Shown: positions 9,910-19,947, counted from the first letter of the stretch. The stretch: DNA of 64,000 nt from Candidatus Bathyarchaeia archaeon (GCA_049513715.1 JBEKVV010000002.1:448001-512000), one strand, 5' to 3'. Notes: generated from the letters alone by a model not told the origin. Translations and numbers: made by a program.

Positions 9910-9938
9910 ATTTGTTACTTATAGTAAAACTTATATGA
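9910..9938 (+). promoter_or_regulatory. Putative thermosome promoter: palindrome TTACT-TAT-AGTAA next to a TATA-like CTTATATG
   Basis: Inverted repeat 9915-9927 and an AT-rich box ~50 nt upstream of the thermosome start. Confidence 0.4.
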
Positions 9939-9986
9939 AATTGGTTTTGTTGAGTGAAACGTTAACGATAGCGGAGGCTTTGACGA

Positions 9987-11639
9987 GTGTCGACGAATTT
10001 TGCGGGTCAACCGACCCTAGTTCTCAAAGAAGGCACATCCCGGTCTCAAGGGCAAGAGGCTCGACATTCCAACATTTCAGCGGCCATGGTAATCGCGGAA
10101 TCCATTAGATCGTCTTTGGGTCCGAAAGGGATGGATAAGATGCTGGTTGATGGATTTGGAGATGTGACGATTAGCAACGACGGCGCAACGATACTTGATG
10201 AAATGGATGTTCAGAACCCTGCTGCGAAAATGTTGGTTGAAGTTGCGAAGACCCAGGACGATGAAGTTGGAGACGGGACTACTACTGCCGTTGTCCTCGC
10301 TGGGGAATTGTTAAGCAAGGCTCAAGTATTGATGGATAAGGACGTTCATCCAACCGTGATTATTGACGGCTACCAAATCGCTGCAGGGAAAGCGCTGGAT
10401 TTTCTGGAGAAACTCGCAATCAAAGTGAACCCGACGGACAAAGTGATGCTCAAGAAAGTTGCTAAGGTTGCGCTTGCTAGCAAACTTCTCGCCGAGCACA
10501 AGGAATACGTGGCAGACATGGCGGTTCGGGCAGTTCTCCAAGTTGCTGAGAAGACTGCAACTGGTTACCGGGCAGACGTTGATGACATTAAGGTTGAGAA
10601 GAAGCCGGGAGGGTCGCTTACTGACACGGTTCTGCTTCAAGGTGTCCTATTGGATAAGGAGGTTGTTCATCCTGGGATGCCGAGGCGCGTTGAAAAAGCC
10701 AAGATCGCACTATTGAATTGCCCCTTGGAGATCGAGAAGACTGAATTTGACGCGAAGCTCAACATTGAGAGCCCTGACCAGATGAAAGGCTTCCTTGATG
10801 AGGAGGAAAAGGTGCTGCGGGAGATGGTGGAAAAGATTGCCGCTGCAGGTGCGAACGTAGTGATATGCGAGAAGGGAATCGATGATGTCGCGCAACACTT
10901 CATGGCAAAAAAGAATATGCTTGCCGTCCGGCGCGTCAAGCAATCGGACATGGAAAAGCTTGCGAAGGCCACCGGCGGAAGAATTTTCAGCCAGCTTGAG
11001 GATTTGAAGCCGTCCGACATTGGGCACGCTGACCTTGTGGAGGAACGGAAAGTCTCGGACGATAAGATGACTTTCATTGAGGGATGTAAGAACCCGAAGG
11101 CGGTCAGCATTCTCGTTCGTGGGGGTACCGAGCGGGTTGTCGACGAGGCGGAACGCGCGATCCACGACGCATTGAGTGTTGTCAAAGATGTCGTGGTTGA
11201 ACCACGCGTCGTTGCGGGAGGAGGAGCTGTGGAGTCGGAACTAGCCAGCCAAATAAGGGTGTACGCGCAGAAATTGTCGGGTAAAGAGCAGCTTGCTGTT
11301 CAGGCCTACGCGGAAGCACTTGAAATCGTTCCATTGACCTTGGCTGAGAACGCTGGCATGGACCCGATTGACGCTCTGATGGAGATAAGGTCGAAGCACC
11401 AGGCCAAACAACGCTGGGTCGGCGTAGACCCGTTCAAGGGGAAGGTTGCTGACCTCTCAAAACTAGAAGTTTATGAGCCCCTCGCAGTCAAGGTGCAAGC
11501 TCTCAAATCCGCCGGAGAAGCCGCCGGCATGATCCTGAAGATCGATGACGTCATTGCGGCTACGAAATCGAAAGAAAGTGGCGGACCACCAAAGGGGCCA
11601 GATGAAAGTGCCAAAGAAGAAGGAGAAGGCGAGTTCTAA
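9987..11639 (+). CDS. ths: Thermosome (group II chaperonin) subunit
   Basis: [50 protein letters not shown]. Confidence 0.98.
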   Translation: MSTNFAGQPTLVLKEGTSRSQGQEARHSNISAAMVIAESIRSSLGPKGMDKMLVDGFGDVTISNDGATILDEMDVQNPAAKMLVEVAKTQDDEVGDGTTTAVVLAGELLSKAQVLMDKDVHPTVIIDGYQIAAGKALDFLEKLAIKVNPTDKVMLKKVAKVALASKLLAEHKEYVADMAVRAVLQVAEKTATGYRADVDDIKVEKKPGGSLTDTVLLQGVLLDKEVVHPGMPRRVEKAKIALLNCPLEIEKTEFDAKLNIESPDQMKGFLDEEEKVLREMVEKIAAAGANVVICEKGIDDVAQHFMAKKNMLAVRRVKQSDMEKLAKATGGRIFSQLEDLKPSDIGHADLVEERKVSDDKMTFIEGCKNPKAVSILVRGGTERVVDEAERAIHDALSVVKDVVVEPRVVAGGGAVESELASQIRVYAQKLSGKEQLAVQAYAEALEIVPLTLAENAGMDPIDALMEIRSKHQAKQRWVGVDPFKGKVADLSKLEVYEPLAVKVQALKSAGEAAGMILKIDDVIAATKSKESGGPPKGPDESAKEEGEGEF

Positions 11640-11910
11640 GAAAATACAGGCCGCAATGATCGGTCCGAAGAAACTTACGCGCTTCGAGCGCGCGCGGATC
11701 GTAGGTGCAAGAGCTCTGCAGATCTCCATGGGCGCACCCGTCCTGTTGGACGTGCCTGAGACGCTCAGGTCCCCAATTGAATTGGCCGAGTTGGAGTTGC
11801 AGGAAGGAGCGTTGCCGATCAGCATCCGAAGATCACTGCCCGATGGAACAAGCCTGAACATCCCACTCAAGATCCTTCTTGAAGGCGAGCGGGAAGAAAT
11901 GGCGGCTTAG
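11602..11910 (+). CDS. rpoK: DNA-directed RNA polymerase subunit K/Rpo6 (start uncertain: 11602, 11608 or 11656)
   Basis: [34 protein letters not shown]. Confidence 0.95.
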   Translation: MKVPKKKEKASSKKIQAAMIGPKKLTRFERARIVGARALQISMGAPVLLDVPETLRSPIELAELELQEGALPISIRRSLPDGTSLNIPLKILLEGEREEMAA

Positions 11911-11918
11911 TCCGAAGA

Positions 11919-12128
11919 TTGACAAACTCGAATATTCCATCCGAACAGAGAACTTGGGTCTACTCGTTCCTGATTCTTGTCTTGGTAACTGTGTGGATGC
12001 TCGCCTTGGACCTTAAGGGAAGCGAGTTTCTGGCGTTTGACTTCCAAGTCGCATTAGTCTACTTGCCAACCGTGATAGCAGGGATAATAGTGGCCTACTT
12101 AACTCTCAGAACAAAATTCCCAAAGTGA
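11919..12128 (+). CDS. Small membrane protein (2 TM)
   Basis: Two hydrophobic segments; starts 8 nt after the rpoK stop. Confidence 0.55.
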   Translation: MTNSNIPSEQRTWVYSFLILVLVTVWMLALDLKGSEFLAFDFQVALVYLPTVIAGIIVAYLTLRTKFPK

Positions 12129-12139
12129 ACTTTTTCGGG

Positions 12140-12505
12140 TTAGTAGGGCCAAGGCCACGGGTATGGCGCAACTGCACGTGGGCCTGGATGCTTTCGCGAG
12201 GGACGGGCTGCAGAACAGAGCGGGCAGTAGCTTGCTCGAAAACGCCACCTCGCGCAGCCGAGGCAAATCGGCAATCCGCAACTGGCACAGTGAAATTGCG
12301 GTGAGATTCCAGGGTGGAACGCGCACGACTTGCTGACCACGATTGGCATGGGGCTGGCTTGCATCACTCCTGGTGAAGCACTTGGTAATCCAATCTGCAT
12401 AGGGGCTTTCCGGCCGAAGATGGTTTCACCGCATTTTAGACAGTAATTGGCTTGGTCTCTGTTTTGCCAACCGCAGACTGGGCATGGCGTGGGCAATGGC
12501 TTCAC
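12140..12505 (-). CDS. Zinc-ribbon plus B-box-type zinc finger protein
   Basis: CPVCG..N...ANYCLKCG, then CAFHP....CASCGLPICLGC...YCPLC. Confidence 0.8.
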   Translation of the reverse strand: MKPLPTPCPVCGWQNRDQANYCLKCGETIFGRKAPMQIGLPSASPGVMQASPMPIVVSKSCAFHPGISPQFHCASCGLPICLGCARWRFRASYCPLCSAARPSRKHPGPRAVAPYPWPWPY

Positions 12506-12705
12506 TTGACATGCACGCCTCTGTGCTGTTGGGAATTAACCCTTACACAGTGCGGCCCTGTAAAAATCGACTTTCGCAATGCTTCTTGTTAACAGGAAAA
12601 TGTAGTGTGAATGTGGCGATTCCGAGAAGGGCATTGTCGGGTTAGATGATACTCTTATCAAGCCAAATGTGGGCCATGCGGGGAGACTGCTTAGTTGTGA
12701 ATGAA

Positions 12706-12813
12706 ATGTCGAAGATAAATTGTCCGGGCTGTGGTCAGCCGACTGAGTTCATTTCAGGAAGCAAGACTCGTTCGAAGTGTTTGAACTGCGGCTATTACGA
12801 CGACTGCTGCTGA
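12706..12813 (+). CDS. 35-aa CPxCG-type zinc-finger microprotein
   Basis: Below the ORF-track cutoff. Manual translation MSKINCPGCGQPTEFISGSKTRSKCLNCGYYDDCC*; ends 9 nt before the next gene. Confidence 0.7.
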   Translation: MSKINCPGCGQPTEFISGSKTRSKCLNCGYYDDCC

Positions 12814-12822
12814 GTTGTCCGT

Positions 12823-13458
12823 ATGAGATACGAGGACATTGTGGAATACGTGGGAGGCCTTGTTGGTGAGGGCGACAGCCTTCAAGGGTGGGCTCGAAAG
12901 AAGTCGGAAGAGCTGAGACACCAAGGTGTCTACCCGATCGACCCGACACGAGGTAGGTTATTGGAGCTACTGGCCAGAGCACGCGCACCTAAACGAGTGC
13001 TCGAGATTGGCCCTGGAGCCGGCTACAGTGCATTATGGTTCATGAGGGGGTTGGATGCGCGTGCGACTCTAGACGTAGTCGAGGTGAATCCTGAAGTTGC
13101 GAATGTATTTGGGGACGTGATGGCGAAGGCTGGTTTACGTGACCGTGTCCGGGTCCATTTGGGGCCCGCGTTGGATGTGTTGAAAAAGCTCAGGGGGCCG
13201 TTCGATTTCGTTTTCATCGATGCGGACAAGGACGAGTACCCAGATTATCTTGATGAAGCCGTCAGGCTGACGCAACCTGGGAGCATGATTGTGGCTGATA
13301 ACCTGCTGTGGGGCGGCTCTGTTTTGAAGGGCGGAAAGCCCAAGAATGGAGCCCAGGGCATTTTGAGGTACACTAAACGCATTTTCGAGGACGAGCGCCT
13401 TGCTAGCATTATCATTCCATTGGGCGATGGCGTTGCCATAAGCTACAGAGTCAAATGA
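12823..13458 (+). CDS. SAM-dependent O-methyltransferase (COG4122/Methyltransf_3)
   Basis: VLEIGPGAGYS, FDFVFIDADK..YPDY, GSMIVADN, LGDG. Confidence 0.92.
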   Translation: MRYEDIVEYVGGLVGEGDSLQGWARKKSEELRHQGVYPIDPTRGRLLELLARARAPKRVLEIGPGAGYSALWFMRGLDARATLDVVEVNPEVANVFGDVMAKAGLRDRVRVHLGPALDVLKKLRGPFDFVFIDADKDEYPDYLDEAVRLTQPGSMIVADNLLWGGSVLKGGKPKNGAQGILRYTKRIFEDERLASIIIPLGDGVAISYRVK

Positions 13459-13529
13459 AATCGCGGAGCATTGGCTTCCGATAAACCCATAAGTGTCCGC
13501 GTGGCTCGAACCGAGCCGCGTTCACACCG

Positions 13530-14897
13530 ATGTTAAGAATCACAAAGACGGGAGCCCTAAAGATCTCCCTAGTCGCAATCAGCTCGGTGATTTTGGTAGA
13601 GGGGTTTGCCGGCGCACTCATCGGAAGCCTCGCCTTATTGAGCGACGCAGCCCACGCCTCCTTCGACACCCTCTCCACCTTGATTCTGCTGGTCGCCACA
13701 AGCCTAGCACAAAAACCCGCTGATGAAGACCACACGTACGGCCATGGTAAAATCGAATCCTTAGGTGCGCTGATTGGCGGCTTCATTCTTCTTCTGTTTG
13801 CGATTGGATTAACTGTTCTCGGGTTTTTCCGGCTAAGTGCCGGAAACACTGTTCACCCGAGCTTGGTTGGTTATGGTGCCGCCGGCTATACCTTGGCGGT
13901 GGATGTTCTCAGAATGGTCGTTTTGGGTGCAGCAATGAAGACCGGCAGCCTATCCGTCAAGGCCGACCTCTACCACGCCCTTTCAGATTTCTTTTCCACC
14001 GCGCTCGTCTTCGTTGCCCTAGGCCTAACTAGCATCGGATACCCTGTGGGTGATACAGTAGTCTCGCTTGTCTTGGCAACATTGCTGGGCTTGTTGAGCG
14101 TTCGGCTAATTTACGCGTCGTCACTGGACCTCAGTGACGCCGTTTCAGGAAAGCTGGTGCAGTCAATCCTGAAAGTGATACGTGAAACTGACGAGGTCTT
14201 GAAATGTAAGGAGTTGAGAGTTCGCCGAGTCGGCCAAGTCACCTACGTGGACGCAATCATAGCCGTCTCCCCTTACACCGGTGTAGCGGACGCTGATACC
14301 ATTGCTGCCCGAGTTGAGTCTAACCTTACCCGGCTTCTGGGTAAATCTTCAATTTTGATTCATATCGAGCCTTTGGAGTGGGGAATCCCAGTTGAGATGA
14401 AGGTGCGAAATGCCACCGGCAGGGTAGACGGGGCGAAAGGGCTGCACAATCTTACTGTTGCCCAGGTTAGCGATGGCTTGTACGTGACTTTGCATGTGCA
14501 AGTCGACCCATCACTTCCCCTCGAAAGGGCGCATGAAATTGCTGAATCAGTGGAGCGCGGCATAGAAAATTCTGTTCCGGAGGTTCGGCATGTGACCGTA
14601 CACCTCGAACCTTCCATGCCGGAACGCACAACGGCCGAGATCGTTGACGACGGGCATATCTCAGACACGATTCGGGCCGCAATTCAATCATACCCCGAAG
14701 TTCGTGAGATAAGGGCAGTTGTGATTTACACGACCGGAGAAAAGTTGCACATCAATGTGCGCTGTGTGTTTTCCGCGGATGAGGGAATCGTCCAGCTTCA
14801 CAAGATTGTTTCGAAGATTGAGGAGAGTGTGCGGCGCAAGTTCGAAAACGCAATTGTTACGATCCGGGCTGAACCAGGTTCAACCCAATCCGAATAG
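13530..14897 (+). CDS. Cation diffusion facilitator with three C-terminal dimerisation domains
   Basis: SLALLSDAAHASFD, KPADEDHTYGHGKIE, ADLYHALSD; three repeats ending IHIEP / VHLEP / IRAEP. Confidence 0.93.
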   Translation: MLRITKTGALKISLVAISSVILVEGFAGALIGSLALLSDAAHASFDTLSTLILLVATSLAQKPADEDHTYGHGKIESLGALIGGFILLLFAIGLTVLGFFRLSAGNTVHPSLVGYGAAGYTLAVDVLRMVVLGAAMKTGSLSVKADLYHALSDFFSTALVFVALGLTSIGYPVGDTVVSLVLATLLGLLSVRLIYASSLDLSDAVSGKLVQSILKVIRETDEVLKCKELRVRRVGQVTYVDAIIAVSPYTGVADADTIAARVESNLTRLLGKSSILIHIEPLEWGIPVEMKVRNATGRVDGAKGLHNLTVAQVSDGLYVTLHVQVDPSLPLERAHEIAESVERGIENSVPEVRHVTVHLEPSMPERTTAEIVDDGHISDTIRAAIQSYPEVREIRAVVIYTTGEKLHINVRCVFSADEGIVQLHKIVSKIEESVRRKFENAIVTIRAEPGSTQSE

Positions 14898-15017
14898 CGT
14901 GAGTCATCCTACCGCACTGCGCAACACGTGCCTGTGATTGTTCAGGCGTGGCGTGGTTTGGACGTCAGTTGGATGAACATGAGGCAGATCAGAAACGCTC
15001 CACCTTAGATCGAGATC

Positions 15018-15503
15018 TTAAAAATTGGATTTACGAAGAAAAGCATAGAGTAGAATGAAGACGGACAGAGCCGCAATGATGAACCCCCAAGATGGTGCGG
15101 TGTTTGCGACCATGACCCTATTTGTACTGTAAACTGTGAACTGATTTCCGAAAGGGCGTAACATGTACTCAAAAGCTACCAGGCCTGCCACTATGCACGC
15201 GCAAGCGAGCAGCCGAGCAACTCTCCATTTGACGCCAGCAAGACCGATGACCCCACCTGCAACGACGAGTACTAGGACCGCTGCAGCTACCAACACCTTG
15301 GTATTCGCGTCAAGCAATACGGCGGTTTGTGGATCCGCGCTGGGAAGAGATGACCAATAGATGTATTCGTCAAGCAGGGATCGATAAGTGCTCGCCAGCC
15401 CAAAAGCTTGAACCGTCGATGAAGACCACGGCAGAGCAGCAGACAATAGGGCGATCAGCCCAGCGATTACGGAGGCGTAAGAATCAGTAGAGATCTTCCT
15501 CAA
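15018..15503 (-). CDS. Hypothetical membrane protein (~4 TM)
   Basis: Hydrophobic segments; LPW after TM1 and a C-terminal WGF..A helix. Confidence 0.7.
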   Translation of the reverse strand: MRKISTDSYASVIAGLIALLSAALPWSSSTVQAFGLASTYRSLLDEYIYWSSLPSADPQTAVLLDANTKVLVAAAVLVLVVAGGVIGLAGVKWRVARLLACACIVAGLVAFEYMLRPFGNQFTVYSTNRVMVANTAPSWGFIIAALSVFILLYAFLRKSNF

Positions 15504-15538
15504 TTCGCCCCATCACTTCATGATCGTGGCCATTCATT

Positions 15539-16795
15539 TCAGTGCTTGGACCTGCGTCTAGATCTTCTTCTCGGTGCTGCTTTCGAGGTTTCTCCTAGGG
15601 TTTTCCCGCATGTGATGCAATACGCCCAACCTTCTTTCGCTGGTTTGCCGCAACCTGCGCAGAGTTTTTCGGACCCTTGCTTTGCCTCATAGTCTTCCGA
15701 GTCCGTTTCGATCGGTGATGCGTTCACAACGGATCTTCTTTGAACTATCGTTAGGGATACTCCTCCCACGACGCCAGCGAGGAGGATTGATGGTAAGGTT
15801 AGCGACATCAGGTCAGGTGCGAAATTGGCACTAACAATCTTCGGCTTGTCCATGACTAGAGAGAGTCGAATCGAGCTCGAGGTCACATCACCAGTCCAAC
15901 CCTTGAAAACGTAACGCAGTCCAAGAGAGCCGAAAGGCCAATTCATCGGTGCCGAAGTGGCTGTCTCTAACGTTACCCTCGATCCGGAATTGTGCCACGT
16001 GGATTGAGCATAGGCTGGGACGACAGAATTGACCTGCAACAAATACTGTGGCTGATAGAAGCCTTTTACCCTAATGTTACCATCCAGGATTACACTTCTC
16101 TCCGTCGAGTTACTCCCATCTTGCCATCCTTGGAAAACGAATCGAGTTAGGTTTTGAAGTGGCAAGACTTGTGGGACACTTATCGTTACGTCCTCCCCAA
16201 CGTGAAACGGCAACAAGGCTATCCCGTTGTTAGCGGTTTTGGTAGTAGAATCGTCTATTTGGATAGGAACGTTGGAGATTCCCAGGTCAACCGCTACTTG
16301 TGCCGGCTTCGATATTTCGAGTGTGAATTGGAGGAAGCTCGGACCATATTCGGTGTCATTGTAATATGACCAAGCGGAGGTGTCGTTTGTGGTAGTATCG
16401 TTGTACTGGTATTTTCCAACGTTTTGGAAATACGTCACCGCGGCCAGCTGCCACTTTCCGTCATTGGCTGGCGCAGTTAGGTTAACTGCCAGAATTTGCT
16501 CACCAAGAATCGGACCGCTTATGAAGTCGGGGTCGCTGTGCCACAACTCCGCGCCCAAGTGATCCAATGTTCCGTTGAACAGTCTCGTTTTGAGCGTGGC
16601 ATTGTCGTGAACTGCGTAATTGTTGTCGACTAGCAACGGTACTTGCGATGATGGCGAGACAAAGTTAGGATGCTTGACAGAGACTTTCAGGATGCCGACG
16701 TTCTGATCCGAATCAGCGACAACTGTCGATACCGTTACCGTTAGTGCCGTGAGCCAAAGCAAGAATGCGAGAACAGCGAGGCGTCGATTATGCAT
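15539..16795 (-). CDS. Membrane-anchored surface protein with InlB-B/Flg_new-like repeats and a cytoplasmic zinc ribbon (paralog of 26488-27795)
   Basis: Signal peptide; FVFQGW.DG and YVFKGWTGD...MDKPK...ANF repeats; TM; CAGCGK...YCITCG. Confidence 0.85.
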   Translation of the reverse strand: MHNRRLAVLAFLLWLTALTVTVSTVVADSDQNVGILKVSVKHPNFVSPSSQVPLLVDNNYAVHDNATLKTRLFNGTLDHLGAELWHSDPDFISGPILGEQILAVNLTAPANDGKWQLAAVTYFQNVGKYQYNDTTTNDTSAWSYYNDTEYGPSFLQFTLEISKPAQVAVDLGISNVPIQIDDSTTKTANNGIALLPFHVGEDVTISVPQVLPLQNLTRFVFQGWQDGSNSTERSVILDGNIRVKGFYQPQYLLQVNSVVPAYAQSTWHNSGSRVTLETATSAPMNWPFGSLGLRYVFKGWTGDVTSSSIRLSLVMDKPKIVSANFAPDLMSLTLPSILLAGVVGGVSLTIVQRRSVVNASPIETDSEDYEAKQGSEKLCAGCGKPAKEGWAYCITCGKTLGETSKAAPRRRSRRRSKH

Positions 16796-16921
16796 ACTGA
16801 TTCATCCTTGCCGCTGCTTATGATTCCTTTTGGTGAAAGTCAAGAAAGTATTTCTATCCTCTTTACAAGAATCAAGCAAATCCCATCCTTTGAATACACT
16901 CACTTGGGGTGCATCTAAACA

Positions 16922-16960
16922 CTTAAAGCTTAGGCCTACCCTAACTTAGGGTTACCCTAA
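16922..16960 (+). promoter_or_regulatory. TATA-like box followed by two tandem TTAGG-N5-CCTAA palindromes (putative DtxR/MntR-family operator)
   Basis: CTTAAAG 16922-16928; TTAGGCCTACCCTAA 16930-16944; TTAGGGTTACCCTAA 16946-16960; upstream of a metal ABC operon that ends in a DtxR-family gene. Confidence 0.8.
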
Positions 16961-16985
16961 TTTGTGGCATTAGAGAGCGGGTGTA

Positions 16986-17942
16986 ATGAAAAACAGATAC
17001 CTGCCGATTGTTGGTATCGCTCTGTTGGTTGTTATCGCAGCGTCAAGCGTCTACGTGCTTAACGCCAACTCCGGAAAGCACTCAACAGCAAGTGCGAATA
17101 CGACCCAGTCACGGTTGAAGGTGCTCGCCACGTTCTTCCCAGTGTACGATTTCGCCAGGAATGTTGGAGGTGACAGAGTTGATGTTTCGATATTGGTGCC
17201 TGAAACGGTGGACGTGCATCAATTTGAACCCAACCCATCAACAGTGCAGGAAGTTGCTGTAGCGAACGTGCTGATCTTTAGCGGCGCTGGTCTCGAGCCA
17301 TGGGTACCACAGCTAATTTCAGCAGCCGGTAATCCAAACTTGGTCGCGGTCGATTCAAGCGCGGGCATCCCGCTCTTGCCCGTACTAAGCGAATTTCAAA
17401 AGGATAATCGAAGCATCGATCCACACATATGGTTGGACCCCCTGCTAGCAAAAATCCAAGTCACAAATATCCTGCGGGGGCTGATCCGAGCTGACCCAGT
17501 GGACGAGGCTTATTTCACGGCGAAGGCGCAAGCTTACGAGGCCAGACTCGATTTCCTGAATGCGGAAATTGTTAACGCAACAGCCAATGTGAAAACACGG
17601 TACTTTGTCACCTTCCATGAAGCCTTCGGATACTTCGCTAGACAGTACGGCCTAACCCAGATTCCGATTGCTGGCCCCTTCGAGGAAGATCCCACACCAA
17701 ATGAAATCCAGAGCGTAGTTAATGCAATTAACCAAAATCATCTCTGCTACGTTGGCTACGAATCTTTGGAGAACCCTGCGCTATCCCAATCCATAGCAAG
17801 CCAAACGAGAGCAACTCTTGTCCTGATGGACCCAATAGAAGGACTTACTCAAGCAGACCAGAATGCGGGAAAAACGTACCTCATCAAGATGCAAGAGAAC
17901 CTTCAGGCATTTACATTGGTGCTCTACCATGTCGGATGCTAA
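16986..17942 (+). CDS. Zn/Mn ABC transporter substrate-binding protein (ZnuA/TroA family)
   Basis: N-terminal anchor; DVHQFEP, GAGLEPW, DPHIWLDP, FHEAFGYFA, MDPIEG. Confidence 0.95.
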   Translation: MKNRYLPIVGIALLVVIAASSVYVLNANSGKHSTASANTTQSRLKVLATFFPVYDFARNVGGDRVDVSILVPETVDVHQFEPNPSTVQEVAVANVLIFSGAGLEPWVPQLISAAGNPNLVAVDSSAGIPLLPVLSEFQKDNRSIDPHIWLDPLLAKIQVTNILRGLIRADPVDEAYFTAKAQAYEARLDFLNAEIVNATANVKTRYFVTFHEAFGYFARQYGLTQIPIAGPFEEDPTPNEIQSVVNAINQNHLCYVGYESLENPALSQSIASQTRATLVLMDPIEGLTQADQNAGKTYLIKMQENLQAFTLVLYHVGC

Positions 17943-18687
17943 ACCAGTCGTTGAACTATCCGACATCGTGGTACAGTATCCCAACGGCGTTGTAGCGTTG
18001 GACCATATCTCTCTCAACTTCTACGAGGGAGACCTGGTCGGATTGATTGGGCCTAATGGTGCCGGAAAGTCAACCTTGCTGAGCATCATTCTTGGACTGA
18101 CTAGGCCGACCTCTGGAGGCGCTAAACTGTTCGGAGAACCAATCTCATCTGCAAATCTGAGGCGAGTTGGATATGTGCCCCAGACGATGCAGTCATCTGC
18201 TACGGCTTTTCCGGCGACAGTATTCGAGACCGTGCTGCTTGGCAGAATCCCACGAGCGGGTTTGTTTCATCGGCTCGGAAAACATGATTACACAAAGGTC
18301 GAAGAGGCTTTGGAATTCTTGGAGATATTGAACCTTAGAGATAGGAAGTTGGATCAACTCTCCGGGGGCCAACTGCAGCGAGTGCTCGTAGCGAAAGCCC
18401 TCACTATGGATCCTGAGCTACTTTTGCTTGATGAACCGACCAGTGGGGCGGATATGCATTCCAAGACCGAATTCTATGAACTGCTCAAACGTATCAACGA
18501 AGAACACGGCACAACAGTGCTTCTCTCCTCACATGACGTAGGCACAATTACCAACATGGTGAAGAGAGTGGTGTGCATAAACGGGGTCGTGTTCTTCTGT
18601 GGACTCAGATCTGAGTTCACTCCAAGTATACTGAGCCAGACGTACAACTACCCAGTGGCGGTAATAGAACATGGTCATCACCCTTGA
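17929..18687 (+). CDS. Zn/Mn ABC transporter ATP-binding protein (ZnuC-like)
   Basis: GPNGAGKST, GYVPQ, LSGGQLQR, LLLDEPT, SHD; start moved to ATG 17929. Confidence 0.95.
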   Translation: MSDAKPVVELSDIVVQYPNGVVALDHISLNFYEGDLVGLIGPNGAGKSTLLSIILGLTRPTSGGAKLFGEPISSANLRRVGYVPQTMQSSATAFPATVFETVLLGRIPRAGLFHRLGKHDYTKVEEALEFLEILNLRDRKLDQLSGGQLQRVLVAKALTMDPELLLLDEPTSGADMHSKTEFYELLKRINEEHGTTVLLSSHDVGTITNMVKRVVCINGVVFFCGLRSEFTPSILSQTYNYPVAVIEHGHHP

Positions 18688-19534
18688 CACATTCCTATTG
18701 ATGCTGGCCCAAGGGTTCGTTCAAAGAGCTTTCATCATAGGTATTGTAGTGGCATTCCTGAGTTCACTTCTTAGCATTTTCATTGTGCTGAAACGAATCT
18801 CATTGATTGGTGACGGCCTCGCGCATACCGCCTTTGGAGGCCTCGCATTAGGATATTATCTTGATATCCTGCCCCTATGGGTGGCAGGCGTTGTCGTTAT
18901 TCTCGGGTCTATAGGAATCACAAAGGTCACTCGGTCATCGAAGGTTTCGGGAGATGCCGCGGTTGCAATATTCCTTCAACTCGGCCTCGCTTCTGGCATT
19001 GTGCTTCTAAGCCTCTCTAGGGGGTTCGGTGTAAATCTGGAGAGTCTCCTCTTCGGCAGCATTCTGCTTGTGAGCATCGACCAAATCCTATCCGCTGTAC
19101 TTGCACTGGCCATAACGTCGGCCCTGGTCTTGATCTTCTTCAAGGAGCTCGTGTACACTACGTTCGATGAGACCCAAGCCAAGGCGGCTGGTATCAAGAC
19201 ATGGTTCTTTGACTATCTGGTCAGTATCCTAGCTGGAATGGCGATAATCGTATCAATACCAATAGTCGGCGTACTCCTAATCTCGGCTCTACTCGTTCTT
19301 CCCGCCGTTACGAGCACTCAAATCAGTGGCTCGTTCAAACAGACTGTGATTCTATCGCCTTTATTTGGACTCTTGAGTGTAATCCTAGGTCTCTGCGCAT
19401 CAATCATATTGGACACAGCGTCGGGCGCAACCATTGTCCTTGTGGGACTGATCTTATTCCTGATATCGCTATTCGCCAAAAATGTAATTATTGCCAAACG
19501 TTATGAGGCCCGTCAAGTGAAATTGGGCGCATGA
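18671..19534 (+). CDS. Zn/Mn ABC transporter permease (ZnuB-like)
   Basis: GDGLAHTAFGG, LFGSIL, TFDET.AKAAGI, IVGVLLISALLVLP. Confidence 0.95.
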   Translation: MVITLDTFLLMLAQGFVQRAFIIGIVVAFLSSLLSIFIVLKRISLIGDGLAHTAFGGLALGYYLDILPLWVAGVVVILGSIGITKVTRSSKVSGDAAVAIFLQLGLASGIVLLSLSRGFGVNLESLLFGSILLVSIDQILSAVLALAITSALVLIFFKELVYTTFDETQAKAAGIKTWFFDYLVSILAGMAIIVSIPIVGVLLISALLVLPAVTSTQISGSFKQTVILSPLFGLLSVILGLCASIILDTASGATIVLVGLILFLISLFAKNVIIAKRYEARQVKLGA

Positions 19535-19947
19535 GCTTGCCTGACCTAAGCCGGTCTGAAGTCGCGTATCTGGTTATGATCTATCGCTTGAACGAAGTTG
19601 ACGAAAAAACATCAGTCTCGACTTTGGCTGAAAGGTTTAGTGTCAAATTGCCCAGTGCAATTGAGATTTTGCGCAGGCTTGAGAAGAAAGGACTTGTTGC
19701 CCGAAAACCGTGGGGTGTTCCTGAATTAAGTAAACGAGGGATGGCACTGACAGAACTGGTCATGCACAACCACCGAATCCTCGAACTCTATCTCAACAAG
19801 AAACTTGGCGTCAGTTCTAAACTATCCTGCACGGAAGCCAGTAAAGTCGACTATCTATTGGACAACGATGTCATTGAGAAGATGTGCAAAGTATTAGAGA
19901 GACCCTCTCGGTGTCTTCACGGAAACCCAATCCGACATGACGATTAG
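19531..19947 (+). CDS. DtxR/MntR family metal-dependent repressor
   Basis: YL..IY.L, HTH LAERFSVKLPSAIEILRRL, HRILELYL, CLHGNPI; 4-nt overlap with the permease. Confidence 0.92.
   Translation: MSLPDLSRSEVAYLVMIYRLNEVDEKTSVSTLAERFSVKLPSAIEILRRLEKKGLVARKPWGVPELSKRGMALTELVMHNHRILELYLNKKLGVSSKLSCTEASKVDYLLDNDVIEKMCKVLERPSRCLHGNPIRHDD

Noticed and set aside
16930..16960. TTAGGG/CCCTAA telomere-like or CRISPR-like words
   Set aside because: Only two units with no spacers; better explained as repressor operators.
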